DNA of 64,000 nucleotides from Takakia lepidozioides (GCA_030704615.1 CM060733.1:54994001-55058000); one strand, 5' to 3'; counted from the first letter of the stretch, positions 50,560-63,325 are shown. Numbers and translations: made by a program. Notes: a model not told the origin generated them from the sequence alone.

Positions 50560-51500
50560 GTGGGGGCCCCACATACCCACCAAATCTTAGTACAACAACA
50601 AATTGACTCCCCCAAGTTTCACTTTGCAGCCACTGCCTTCGACAGATTGACTAAAGGTAAGGCGGCCTCCGTCCGCCTTCACGCCAAATGCAAGCAAATA
50701 CATCTGCGGCATCCCCCGACCAAAAAGTGGTTGTTTGACACCGTCGTCAGCCCTGCTACCATCAATGGTTGTGAGTTTTGGGCACCTGGTGTCCCTTTCT
50801 CCTGGTGGGAAAAGAATTTGGAACCATTACAGTCATCTTTTCTCCAAGCAATGCTTGGCGCCAGGAGCACAACTCCATCTCAGATCCTAGGTGCAGAGTT
50901 TGCATGTGTACCATTGCAATCCGAGGCACAGTTCAGGCTTACAATCTTTCTCCATAGATTGCAGACCCTTCCACCCAAAGGGCTAGTGGCAAGGGCCCTC
51001 ACAACATCTATGAGGCTCGAAGCTGTAGGTTTCGGGAACTCCTGGTATGCTCGAGTGGACAGTTTATTGAAACGTAACGGACTTTCTACTGCTTTCCTAT
51101 TACCAATAAACCCACATGAGGTGGACATCACATCCAGACATGACCGCAACAGACTCATTCGGAGAGAGCTTATGGAATTACATGTCAAGAGAACTTGGAT
51201 GCTACCCAATCTCACAACAAAGCTCCACTTCTATCGAGAGACATTCTTGGTGCTCCGCGATGATAGAATCTTCAGACCAAATTACCTTTCAGCACCCTTA
51301 CCTCCTTCCCTCTTGAGGGCATTGGGGCGGTTCAGGGTGGGTTCCCACAACCTACGGATAGAGACTGGCAGATGGGAAAACCTGCAACGGGGGAGGACCG
51401 CCTATGTCCAGCTTGCATAGGGCGCAGCAAAGAAATTGAAACTGAAGAACACTTCTTCTTCTACTGCCCTGTATACTACGACATCCGTTTGAACAACTTT
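50560..51500 (+). mobile_element. 5'-truncated LINE ORF2 C-terminus inserted in the CACTA
   Basis: GCEFW, LGRFRVGSHNLRIETGRW, RLCPAC..ETEEHFFFYCP. Confidence 0.88.
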
Positions 51501-53592
51501 GTGGATATGTGCATCCCAGTTTCAGTTTCAGGAGAACTCAACGCCCAGAAAACAAGAACACAAGTAGGGGTAGAACTCACCTCATGCGCAGCAGTTTTGT
51601 GCCGTTTGCGCACCTTTTGGAGAGACTCTGCAGATGGAGGTGCAATTTCCTCCGAACTGTCCTCCACCTCATCGTCGTCGCCCATGCTATACTCGCTTGT
51701 GTCAAAATCCAAACTCGAAGACCGCCCACCGCTCTGCCTTCCCTCTCGCACCGACGCCATCTGTACCGGATTCAGTCGAGCCAGGCGGGGGCTCCTTCGC
51801 ACCGCGGGGCTGGAATGTGCAGAAGTGGGAGGAGGTGATGCTGCCTCAGCGGTCGAGCATTTCTTACTAGGCGTGGACATAGACCATGACAAAGATGAAG
51901 ACGAGCGAGGACATAGACCATGACCAAGACAAAGACAAGCGAGGAAGACCAAGACATGCAAAGGAGGAAAGAAGGACAAGGAGGGGAGTGTGATCACACA
52001 CCCCCCCGATCTGTAGTGAAGATCCGGCCGTTGTTGATTTCAAATATGAACACGTGTCGTGCATCCGACACTATGGCCTTTTCGACTTTAAGACGTTAAA
52101 CCCTAAACCGCTTACAATCCTCTAGACAACTAGATGTAGTGATTCACACCACTGACATGGATCCGTTAACTTTTTTTCGTTCAAAATTAGGCGAAGGAAA
52201 CACACTGCAATGATGTCGTGTATGGCTCCGCTTTACATGCATTCTTGGAGAAAATGCGCATGATGTGTGAGAAGTGAACACAGTGCTCTGCCAAATGATT
52301 CAGCAAAAACAAACTCAACTGTAGTGGTTCTCCCATCGCAGAGAAGGGTCCATTCGACACCCATCGCACCATGTCAGGTTGAGGTCCTCACACACACACC
52401 TACACACCGAGAATTTGCGAACCCACATCAGCTGGGAGAACATGGAAATTACCCCGTGGATCACATGCAAGCATGAATGAGAAATGGGTTTATGTTACAT
52501 GGGAGATTTTGGTGTACCTGCGCGACATGCAACTCTGTCTACATACTCCATAAGTCGCTGTCCTAAGACCCAAGTGGACAGGGGAGGCCGGTGAGTCTGT
52601 ACCACAAATGGTAATCATACAGCAGAGGGTACTGCTGCCCAACGTGCAAAAGCCGCCGGCTGCAGGATGCTAGGCATGCGAACTCGGGCACAGCACGCCT
52701 CCTCTGCACCCCACTCCGTCCCAACCAGTGCAAAACAACCGTGCATGCATTGACTGCCCTCTGGCTTTCTCTCCAGGCATTTGGGGGTCTGCAATCTGCT
52801 ACACGTAAGTGTCTTTGAATGCGACGATCAAAAGATCCGGTCACTTGCAGTTGCCGTCTCAAGGGCAGCATTGCAAGAATCAGAATTAAGTAAGAAAGAT
52901 GGTGGAAGAAGCTGCAAACAGCAAATGAGTGAAGTGGCAGGGCGATGCTCCATTTTTAACATGCTCCCCTTCCCGCCATGGTGATAGAGCCACACAAATG
53001 GACTCCCTTCCCGCCACGGTGCAATTTCACGGCAACTGAACGGGATTGTCCGCCGAAACGTGATTTGGAGATGGCCTAAGACAAGTGGCGCAGGTTCTGG
53101 CCTTGTAGTCAGGTTGTTCACACTTCAATGCACACATTTCATACACATTCAACCATATGCCCAAGATCACAACGTCGTCAATCGTGAAAATTGAAATTCC
53201 ACGTACGTCCTCCGATTCCTTACACACACACGAACTATAGAGACAGGTCGTTTTCCAGGATGTCGTTGTTTGAGTCGATTTTGGTCATTTCTCTCAGTGT
53301 CTTGTTGAAAAGATTCTAGTTATGATGGGAAGCATCGTGATGGCTTTTAAATGGTTTGCTGTTGAGTGTAACTTTTCATCATGTTGTGGAATCTACCGGT
53401 TGGTATAAAATGTCAACTGTCTTCTCTGCCAAAGGATGTGCGGCTGAACCTTTCAAATTGAGATTGCAGGAGGAGGGAATTGACGGTAGTGAAATGGGAG
53501 TGGCAAAGCCAAATTGAGGAATCTCTGCAAAGGAGAATCCGGCCCCCTGCAACGGCGTGCACAAACAGCATTGAAGAGGCTCCCCAACAAAA

Positions 53593-55329
53593 ATGAGTTC
53601 CCCTCGCCCATGCGGAGCACTTCCAATTAATCACCCCTGTAGACAGAACACCCGAGATGATAGGTTGTGGGAAAGAGAAGTGGCACGTGCCCGAGCCCTT
53701 GGGCTTTCAAGGATGTCATGCCCATGTGAACGTTGTTTGGGCACTACAAGTAGATCTGAGGACGGTGTGCGCACACATCTCCTTCACCACAAAAGACATG
53801 AAGCATTTCGGGTGTGGATTGGAGATGGACCTGCAGACGAAGACGATGAGGAGTGGGCACAATTGGACAATGCACACCCCCGAGGGAGCCATACAGACAG
53901 GCCAGACGAGGACTATGTCATGGGCGCAGGACATGAACCCATGGACGGAGGGGTGGAGATTACTCGAATGTTGCAGGAAGCATTCCACATCATGGACGAT
54001 GCTAAAGAGGGGGACGGCGCTGCGACAATTGGGGATGGTGATGACGCAGGAAATGAAGGCATTCACGTGGGGGAAGGCGTGGAAGGAGGTGGAGATGGAG
54101 AATTGAATTCTGCACACATGACACTAGAAGAAGCATGTGTGCCACTGTACGAGGGATGCAAATCCACAAAGCTTGCTGCCACCATGCTGTTGATGAACCT
54201 GTGCACAACCCACGGTGTCTCAGACCATTTTATGGACGAGTTGTTCTCTTTGCTTCGGCTGAACTTGCTTCCACAACCAAATGAAATGCCAAAAAGCTGT
54301 CACATGGCCAACCAAATGATTAGGAAGCACGGCCTCAACTACGTGAAAATACATGCATGTCCAAAAGGACATGTACTTTTCAGAAGAGAGTACAAGGATG
54401 CTATGGAGTGCCCCAAATGCGGTGCAGCCCGATACCATGATGTAGGCAGGTTACAACAGCCAGCCAAGGTGTTGAGGCACTTTCCCCTTATCCCCCGTCT
54501 ATTACGAATGTACAAATGCAAGACCATTAGTGAGCTCATGACTTGGCATTCCAGGAATGCCTCAAACGATGGTTTGGTAAGGCATGTCCCAGATTCCCTT
54601 GCATGGAAGCATATAGATGCAACTTGGCCCGATTTTGCCGAGGACCCACGCAATGTGCGATTGGTTGTATCTACGGATGGAGTAAACCCATACGGATCAA
54701 AGAGTTGCACATGGTCCACATGGCCCGTGCAGTTGGTGGCATACAACCTGCCACCATGGTTGACAACAAAGAAATTCTTTGTCATGTTGTCTCTCTTGAT
54801 TCCAGGCAAGGAGTCCGTGACAAATGCAAACATAGATGTGTATTTGCAACCATTGATTGAAGAGCTACAGGAACTATGGATTGGAGTTGAAGCTTACGAC
54901 ATTTTGAAACCAGTAGGGCAACGGAGTTTCACCCTCCGTGCCATACTCATATGGTCAATCCACGATTTCCCCACATATGGCCTTGTTGCGGGTTGCAAGA
55001 CAAAGGGCTACAAAGGGTGCCCCATTTGTGGGCCCTATGTGGATTCACGGCACTCAAAGCCACTAGGGAAGACAATATACATGGGGCATCGACGTTACCT
55101 TGCAAGAAACCACCCCTACCGACGAGCAGGAAGGCACTTCAATGGATGTGTTGAAAAGAGAATGGCACCAAATGCTGTGACACCGGAGGTGACATTGCAA
55201 TTTGCAAAGGAGAAAGAGGCGTTCATGGAGATTGGAGGGAGAGACGGAAGTAGTGCAGATCCAACCATGGAGCACGGGGTGAAGCAGACTAAGCACTCCA
55301 CAACCTTTGCCAAGCTCCTGAAACCCTAA
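53593..55329 (+). CDS. tnpD: CACTA TnpD/Tnp2 transposase, C-terminally truncated near 55290
   Basis: CPCERC..HL..H, KIHACP..LF, LRHFPLIPRL, DPRNVRL..STDGVNP, YNLPPW, IDVYLQPLIEEL, IHDFP.YG, CPICG; open for 578 codons; tail is foreign sequence. Confidence 0.9.
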   Translation: MSSPRPCGALPINHPCRQNTRDDRLWEREVARARALGLSRMSCPCERCLGTTSRSEDGVRTHLLHHKRHEAFRVWIGDGPADEDDEEWAQLDNAHPRGSHTDRPDEDYVMGAGHEPMDGGVEITRMLQEAFHIMDDAKEGDGAATIGDGDDAGNEGIHVGEGVEGGGDGELNSAHMTLEEACVPLYEGCKSTKLAATMLLMNLCTTHGVSDHFMDELFSLLRLNLLPQPNEMPKSCHMANQMIRKHGLNYVKIHACPKGHVLFRREYKDAMECPKCGAARYHDVGRLQQPAKVLRHFPLIPRLLRMYKCKTISELMTWHSRNASNDGLVRHVPDSLAWKHIDATWPDFAEDPRNVRLVVSTDGVNPYGSKSCTWSTWPVQLVAYNLPPWLTTKKFFVMLSLLIPGKESVTNANIDVYLQPLIEELQELWIGVEAYDILKPVGQRSFTLRAILIWSIHDFPTYGLVAGCKTKGYKGCPICGPYVDSRHSKPLGKTIYMGHRRYLARNHPYRRAGRHFNGCVEKRMAPNAVTPEVTLQFAKEKEAFMEIGGRDGSSADPTMEHGVKQTKHSTTFAKLLKP

Positions 55330-55455
55330 GGCTTACATTTCCAGCCACAAGACACTCCTCTTGTGGTGCAAGAGCTCTTCTTCCAAGCTCTGAAACCCAG
55401 CCCTTGCCGCTCTTAATAGACAAGCGGTCTAGCTCACTTGCAACTTGTGGCCCGC

Positions 55456-56134
55456 TCACAGGCTCACATATGCTTCCTCAAGTGAAATGAGTCCGGTACC
55501 CTCTTTCAGACACTTCTTTCTTACCTCATCTTTCTTCCTGCGGGGACAGGCTTCTCTAAGGTTACTTCAGAAGGGGTGTTTTTCATGACTTGCAAGCTGT
55601 GGAGTATATACACTATGGAATCATTTCCTGAAAGTGTCAGGTTTTGGGGGACTTGGCTCTAATATTCTAAAATCAGTTCAACGCCACCATTATATGGCAT
55701 AGGATCTATTGTCATGTTCCATGGTCTCTCTCTCCCTCTCTTGTTGACTTGTCTAGCACGGCAAATTCGTAGGAAAGCTGCACCCTGAATATATTATGGG
55801 GTGGGCAATGTGAGCCAACTTGAGAGACTGGATTCGATTGCATTTGAGTTTCCATTCTGCAAGCAACATTTGGCTGGCTCTGGTGAACAACCTTTGGGTA
55901 TTGAAGTGCGCGAAAGTGGAGCCACCTCTGCAGGTGGAAGTTGCAAGTGAGCTAGACCGCTTGTCTATTAAGCTGGATTCCGTAGCCACTATGGTGAAGG
56001 ACGTGGCAGCAAACCCCCAAGTTCAAAGTCTGCTGGTAGGTAGTGCAGACCTGTGGATGCCTGTAATCACTGCCTCGGCTGATGAACGGCATGCCAATGC
56101 ATCAAGAGAGGACCCTACCCCTGTGCCAGACTAA
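55456..56134 (+). pseudogene. 5'-truncated duplicate of the 60376-61866 gene (part of exon 2, intron, exon 3)
   Basis: HRLTYASSSEMSP|gt ... ag|VEVASELDRL...WMPVITASADERH; lacks exon 1 and start. Confidence 0.8.
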
Positions 56135-57139
56135 GTCCCGCTCTGGTATGTTTGAGTTTTCCTTTCATCTCACGCTTGTCTGACGAACCTTTGTCAGGGC
56201 AAGGAGGCCTTGAATGTGCCTTGGCTGGAGTCTCTTCCTCTTTGATCTATCCATACTAATGGCTTGCCACAAATGAAAGCCCCTACTACCCTCTTTCCGG
56301 ATTCGCAGTAGGCTTGTATAAATTTGACCACCAGAATGCTAGTTGTGTGTCTCTCTGTCTCATGTTGTTGCAAAGGTGTTTACAAAGCAATCCTTTCAGC
56401 TTGTGATGAAGAGTTTTCAAGCACTTTGAATTACCTGATCTGGACTGGTTTTCATGGATATATCTAGTCTCAATACATTGGACAGCTATCCCATGGCTCT
56501 CTTCCACATCGTCTATAACCCTTGAAGACTATGGTTCCCGGCTTGCAAGCCTAGGAAGAACTTGCAAGTCAAGTAGAACACGGGCTTCAACCATGAGTAT
56601 GTTAAACTTCTGAAGAATGCTACCGACATCTGGCTTTGCGAACATCTGATGAGAAATCTTCACACATGGACCCTCAAATAATGTACTAACAGCCTCCATT
56701 GCATCCCAAATGATTCATTCCCTTATCTTGGAGACATGGTTCATATCAATACATATCAATGCATAATCTTACCACTACATCTCTTCTTTATGATCCTGTA
56801 TCATGGATCAACTTTTCCTGTTGGCCGAGTAGTCAGGAGTGTATTGTGTTTTGGCTCATCAACCAGCCCTTCAGATTTGGCGCACAGCTGGGGACAACAA
56901 GAGAACTGATAGGCATTGCATTTGATATCACTTTAGTCAGCCTGGGGGTTTGTGTGGGTGAGTCTGGGTTCAATCCTTCGAAGTGCTGCTCTCTCCATGG
57001 GTTTGCATCAGGATCTTTGAGGTTCAGACAAATACTTTATTTAGTCTAATTGTCTGTAATGGAATTAAATTGGGCCGGTTCACTGGTATGACTTTATAGT
57101 ACCCTTTTTTTTGAACTTATCACACCCTGATCAGATGTA

Positions 57140-57870
57140 CGCCGCTATGGCCTTCTATCATGGTTACTAGGGTAGCCTCTCCCGTTGGCCCAAGTGTCTC
57201 TCTTATGTATCCAAGTGCGTCTCCTATGTTGAGGCCCAAATGCGACCTCTAGGGTAGTATGTGCCGTTGGCCCATATATGAAGAATTGAAATCTAAGACC
57301 AAGTGCAATTTCGTATGTTTCCCAGTGCATCTCCCATGTGCGTCTCCTATGTCAAGGCCCATCTAAGCCCAAGTGCAATCTTCTATGTATCCTAGTGTGT
57401 CTCCCATGTAGCCCAAGTGCAACCTATAGGATAGCCTGTGTTGTTGGCCCAAGTGTTGAGTGTCATCAGCTAAGTCCATGTGCAATCCCCTATGTATTAA
57501 GAGCGTCTCCTATGTCAAGAACCTCTTGTTTGGGAGATCTGGCCTAGGGTAGCCTCTATCGTTGGCCCAAGTATAAGTGTCATCTAAGTCCAAGTGCAAT
57601 CCCCTATGTATCCAGAGACCCTCTTGTTTGGGAGATCTGGCCTAGGGTAGCCTCTATCGTTGGCCCAAGTATAAGTGTCATCTAAGTCCAAGTGCAATCC
57701 CCTATGTATCCAGAGACCCTCTTGTTTGGGAGATCTGGCCTAGGGTAGCCTGTGTCATTGGCCCATGTGTGAAGAATTGAAATCTAAGCCCAGGTGCAAT
57801 CTCCTATGTATCGAAGTGCTTCTCTCAGGCAGAGGCCCAAGTGCGACCTCTAGTGTCCAATGTCATCTAA
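57140..57870. repeat. Degenerate tandem repeat (GGCCCAAGTG / AAGTGCAATC motifs); mirrored at ~58740-59370, related copy at 10170-10570
   Basis: Left arm has one extra unit relative to the right arm; TACATAGGAGATTGCAC.TGGGCTTAGATTTCAATTCTTCACACATGGGCCAA shared with ~10172. Confidence 0.8.
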
Positions 57871-60375
57871 GTCTGTAAAGCCCATATGTGCTTACCCTAA
57901 AAATGGCCCGTTTCATCCAAAACGGCGATACACATCCATAGTATATTTTTTTGGCGTATAAAGCCGTTAAACCGTTACAATGATATCTGGGTTAGGGTTA
58001 GTTTTTGCTGGTGGCTCGATCCTGGCCCTTCATCAGATCTAGGGCTACAAGGCGGCGCCGTGGACTTTGGCTTGTGACGCCTCGCCACGCAGCGGGCCAC
58101 TATGGCAAGGCAACAACATGAGAAAATATGGCAAGGCGAGAAGCCGCCATTGATAACATGCATTAGCGAACCACTTAGGCAGCAGGAGGTAGAGCAGATC
58201 TCGCGAAAAAGACCTAACTGATCCTGACAGCGCGGGCAAGATCCACCAACGCCTATGGTACCCGGTTTCTCTCCACCATAAAACAAGCCTGAAGCATATA
58301 CTCATTTCCTCTCAAGAAGCAAGGTTGCACAACAAAGGGGCGAGCGGAAAGAGCAAGCAACGCGCGAGAGGAGGATCAAACACACGGATCGGACACAAAG
58401 CAGCTCTCATCCAAAGCTTGTACACCAAAATCACATATACACTAACACCCGAGTACACCGCCTTGACCTTGTGTCAGGGCGCGGTCTTTATACAAAAGCC
58501 CTAGCCATAGTGGCCCGCTGCGTGGCGAGGCGTCACAAGCCAAAGTCCACGGCGCCGCCTTGTAGCCCTAGATCTGATGAAGGGCCAGGATCGAGCCACC
58601 AGCAAAAACTAACCCTAACCCAGATATCATTGTAACGGTTTAACGGCTTTATACGCCAAAAAAATATACTATGGATGTGTATCGCCATTTTGGATGAAAC
58701 GGGCCATTTCTAGGCTAAGCACATATGGGGCTTTACAGACTTAGATGACATTGGACACTAGAGGTCGCACTTGGGCCTCTGCCTGAGAGAAGCACTTCGA
58801 TACATAGGAGATTGCACCTGGGCTTAGATTTCAATTCTTCACACATGGGCCAATGACACAGGCTACCCTAGGCCAGATCTCCCAAACAAGAGGGTCTCTG
58901 GATACATAGGGGATTGCACTTGGACTTAGATGACACTTATACTTGGGCCAACGATAGAGGCTACCCTAGGCCAGATCTCCCAAACAAGAGGTTCTTGACA
59001 TAGGAGACGCTCTTAATACATAGGGGATTGCACATGGACTTAGCTGATGACACTCAACACTTGGGCCAACAACACAGGCTATCCTATAGGTTGCACTTGG
59101 GCTACATGGGAGACACACTAGGAGACATAGAAGATTGCACTTGGGCTTAGATGGGCCTTGACATAGGAGACGCACATGGGAGATGCACTGGGAAGCATAC
59201 GAAATTGCACTTGGTCTTAGATTTCAATTCTTCACATATGGGCCAACGGCACATACTACCCTAGAGGTCGCATTTGGGCCTCAACATAGGAGACGCACTT
59301 GGATACATAAGAGAGACACTTGGGCCAACGGGAGAGGCTACCCTAGTAACCATGATAGAAGGCCATAGCGACGTACATCTGATCAGGGTGTGATAAGTTC
59401 AAAAAAAGGGTACTATAAAGTCATACCAGTGAACCGGCCCAATTTAATTCCATTAGACAATTAGACTAAATAAAGTATTTGTCTGAACCTCAAAGATCCT
59501 GATGCAAACCCATGGAGAGAGCAGCACTTCGAAGGATTGAACCCAGACTCACCCACACAAACCCCCAGGCTGACTAAAGTGATATCAAATGCAATGCCTA
59601 TCAGTTCTCTTGTTGTCCCCAGCTGTGCGCCAAATCTGAAGGGCTGGTTGATGAGCCAAAACACAATACACTCCTGACTACTCGGCCAACAGGAAAAGTT
59701 GATCCATGATACAGGATCATAAAGAAGAGATGTAGTGGTAAGATTATGCATTGATATGTATTGATATGAACCATGTCTCCAAGATAAGGGAATGAATCAT
59801 TTGGGATGCAATGGAGGCTGTTAGTACATTATTTGAGGGTCCATGTGTGAAGATTTCTCATCAGATGTTCGCAAAGCCAGATGTCGGTAGCATTCTTCAG
59901 AAGTTTAACATACTCATGGTTGAAGCCCGTGTTCTACTTGACTTGCAAGTTCTTCCTAGGCTTGCAAGCCGGGAACCATAGTCTTCAAGGGTTATAGACG
60001 ACATGGAAGAGAGCCATGGGATAGCTGTCCAATGTATTGAGACTAGATATATCCATGAAAACCAGTCCAGATCAGGTAATTCAAAGTGCTTGAAAACTCT
60101 TCATCACAAGCTGAAAGGATTGCTTTGTAAACACCTTTGCAACAACATGAGACAGAGAGACACACAACTAGCATTCTGGTGGTCAAATTTATACAAGCCT
60201 ACTGCGAATCCGGAAAGAGGGTAGTAGGGGCTTTCATTTGTGGCAAGCCATTAGTATGGATAGATCAAAGAGGAAGAGACTCCAGCCAAGGCACATTCAA
60301 GGCCTCCTTGCCCTGACAAAGGTTCGTCAGACAAGCGTGAGATGAAAGGAAAACTCAAACATACCAGAGCGGGAC

Positions 60376-61304
60376 TTAGTCTGGCACAGGGGTAGGGTCC
60401 TCTCTTGATGCATTGGCATGCCGTTCATCAGCCGAGGCAGTGATTACAGGCATCCACAGGTCTGCACTACCTACCAGCAGACTTTGAACTTGGGGGTTTG
60501 CTGCCGCGTCCTTCACCATAGTGGCTACGGAATCCAGCTTAATAGACAAGCGGTCTAGCTCACTTGCAACTTCCACCTGCAGAGGTGGCTCCACTTTCGC
60601 GCACTTCAATACCCAAAGATTGTTCACCGGAGCCAGCCAAATATTGCTTGCAGAATGGAAACTCAAATGCAATCGAATCCAGTCTCTCAAGTTCGCTCAC
60701 ATTGCCCACCCCATAATATATTCAGGGTGCAGCTTTCCTACGAAATTGCCGTGCTAGACAAGTGTCATAAGAGAATTGGGAGTCCCTTTCAATGTGTTCA
60801 CCAAGAGAGGGAGAGAGAGACCATGGAACAGGACAATAGATCCTATGCCATATAATGGTGGCGTTGAACTGATTTTAGAATATTAGAGCCAAGTCCCCCA
60901 AAACCTGACACTTTCAGGAAATGATTCCATAGTGTATATACTCCACAGCTTGCAAGTCATGAAAAACACCCCTTCTGAAGTAACCTTAGAGAAGCCTGTC
61001 CCCGCAGGAAGAAAGGTGAGGTAAGAAAGAAGTGTCTGAAAGAGGGTACCGGACTCATTTCACTTGAGGAAGCATATGTGAGCCTGTGAATCTCAGTGCG
61101 AAGAGCCTCTATCTGGGCCCGCATCTCTGGTTCGTGGACACCACTAGTGTCCTCCACCTGCTCACCTCAGACCCCCCAATTCTGTTGTTCCCACTTTTTC
61201 CTGACTGCTTTCACCAAGCCCAATCAATGCCCCAACATCTCTGGTCATCACACAGTCTCACCAACCGTGCATTCATCTGTTCCACTATCCATGCCTTGTG
61301 CACT

Positions 61305-61335
<31 letters not shown>

Positions 61336-61866
61336 GGAGAAAGATGTGTACAAGTTGAACCATGGTTGTGGACCGAAAGAAACGTCTACTTCGATAAAGC
61401 CAACTTGTGATAGAGAGGGCAGCTGGATTGAAAATATATTTACCAAAGCTCTGCACGGTCTAAAATGGAGCATTGGGGGGCACAATCAAGGCGACTGCAG
61501 TTTGCCGTAAAATATTAGGGGTAGTTACCCATTCTCAAAAATTACCAACATTACTGAATAAGTCCATAGAAGGATCCTGCTATACCCTGTGACAAGATAC
61601 ACGATCATTACAGTGGTGAAGCTGAGCAGAGAATTATTACACAAAATTGCGCAGCTGACGAAGTTCATGAGTGTTTGCAAACACCCTTCGGAAGCACAGG
61701 ACAAGCAAAACCGCAGATGCCTTAGGGAATCACGCACGGAAGAAAGACGGTGCTGCCCAACTGGAGTCGAGAACAGTTGGTAGCAGTACAATACCTGTTG
61801 CAAAAGCCCGTTGAGAAAGTCAAACAGCTGCTCATCAGCTTGCTGTGGCCGCTTCATGACGCCCAT
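60376..61866 (-). CDS. Uncharacterised ~126-aa plant protein; exons 61866-61795, 61157-61050, 60576-60376
   Basis: Three phase-0 GT-AG exons give MGVMKRPQQADEQLFDFLNGLLQQ-VEDTSG..EMSP-VEVASELDRLSIKLD..DLWMPVITASADERH..*. Confidence 0.65.
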
Positions 61867-62354
61867 CACTTGCACTGGATTTCTCCCCTTCCTCGATCTC
61901 TCTTACAATTTTTCTTGGCTTGGAGCTGATCTCCCTTCCTTTGCAAACTCGCAGTGCAATCTGCTTGTGAAGATAGCTACCATTTCAAGCTGCTGGTTAG
62001 AGCTCCGGCGATGGCGGAGCTCGGCCGAAGAAACGTGTGGATATTTCGAAATAACTAGTATCCTTGTATTTTCGTCTTAATATATATTTACATTATTTTG
62101 TTTTTTTAGGGCTAGGGCTAAGCCGCCTCATTGTGTCCCTCTTTCGCGTCCAAGCTGTTTCTCTTGCCTGGTCGTTCTGCTGTGTGAGGCTCGCGCAGGA
62201 ATTGTTTGCTGCTGCGCGCAGGAGCCACCATGGTACACTCAGATCCGATCTCTATGTTTTTTCGCTTTAGAAGAACTAATGGGAGCGTTGTTACCCTTTG
62301 AAATCTACTCCAGGTTATCAGGGCTGTCTTGAATCGTAGGAACAGTTTTTTCAA

Positions 62355-63010
62355 GTGCGTCCTTCCATTCTTCGCAAGGACCCCTCACTGCTAGACCTAG
62401 AATCTCTGCCAAGGATATTGTAGTGAGTTTGAAAGGTTTTGACAGTGTCAACCATTGAAGTCACCACTCCACCCTTAGTAGTCCTACTTGCTGACAAGTA
62501 TAGACGTTGAAGGGCCAACCAAAATCCCTTGTCTTTACCACCATGGCGATTTGAGTTTATTTCACTGTATAACTGGTCCCAATATATTTTCTTCTGAAAC
62601 CTGCTTACTTGCTGTTATCTTGGCGGATCTGGTAGTACCTAGCCCACCATTTTGCTTGTTGACTTTCAAATTGCGGCAGTCTTGTCTCTCGGCTATCTTG
62701 AGTCTGATCTCATTGGTCCACCAATTAATAGCTCTACCGCAGACAAGTAGTGTCCTCCCAATGATCTTGTCAGCCACAGAGGAGATAGAAACTCTCCCAA
62801 GAATCCACCTCTCTTTTGACATATTATTCAAGGTCGAAAGTTGAAGTTCTTTGGGACAGTTTATTTAACCGTCTTCCATTAGAAATTCAGCTCATCCTCA
62901 CCAAAAGGCCCAATGGTATCATCCTATCGAAGACCTTTGTCCACCCAGGCATTGAAGACACCCAATTAGACCTCACCTTTGACAATAAACTTAGCACAGT
63001 TCAGCCGGCA
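62355..63010 (-). mobile_element. Degenerate LINE fragment (endonuclease-RT linker)
   Basis: NWWTNEIRLKIAER motif; multiple stops. Confidence 0.5.
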
Positions 63011-63085
63011 ATTTGATTGAGAGTAGGGGTCTATGTTCAATCATCACTTATGCTTTCCATATTGACATGTGTAAGCAACTGTAGG

Positions 63086-63325
63086 ATGATGGTGGCCATG
63101 CGCGAGATTTCAGTGCGCTTTCATGCTTTGGGTTTGCGAAGATTGGTGCCATCTAGGGTGTTTAGCTCCGAGGATGTACCATCCGAGTTTGTGGACAAGA
63201 GGGTTGAGGACCTTGCTGCTAAGGTCTCAGAGATGAAGATTCAATTGGAGAAGGCTCAATTGAGGACGGAGAGGATGGCGAGGATGCTATCGTTTTATTC
63301 TACAGTCTTGACGGTTCCGCTTTGG
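63086..63325 (+). CDS. Possible first coding exon of an unknown coiled-coil protein
   Basis: MMVAMREISVRFHALGLRRL (presequence-like) then heptad-like VEDLAAKVSEMKIQLEKAQ; GTGAGT donor follows. Confidence 0.3.

Larger units (their letters stand above)
47133..55290. mobile_element. CACTA (En/Spm) element, right end lost
   Basis: Left terminus CACTAGAAGCATTCGTG..TTTAC resembles the 8841 TIR pattern, subterminal ACGACT/AGTCGT repeats, TnpD ORF; interrupts the endonuclease ORF. Confidence 0.8.
55456..61089. repeat. Long inverted duplication: arms 55456-58106 and 58504-61089, 397-bp spacer
   Basis: Mirror-image ORFs with almost identical translations (55820/60690, 56507/60003, 56759/59751, 57338/59175); scattered substitutions and few indels. 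Confidence 0.97.

Noticed and set aside
52500-53300. Possible ULP1 protease or third CACTA gene
   Set aside because: No catalytic motifs recognised.
60957-61157. ORF-track start at 61157
   Set aside because: It is GTG after a CAG acceptor with an in-frame stop just upstream; read as internal exon 2, not a start.
61307-61335. (TG)n tract and overlapping CVCV/THTH ORFs
   Set aside because: Simple intronic microsatellite.
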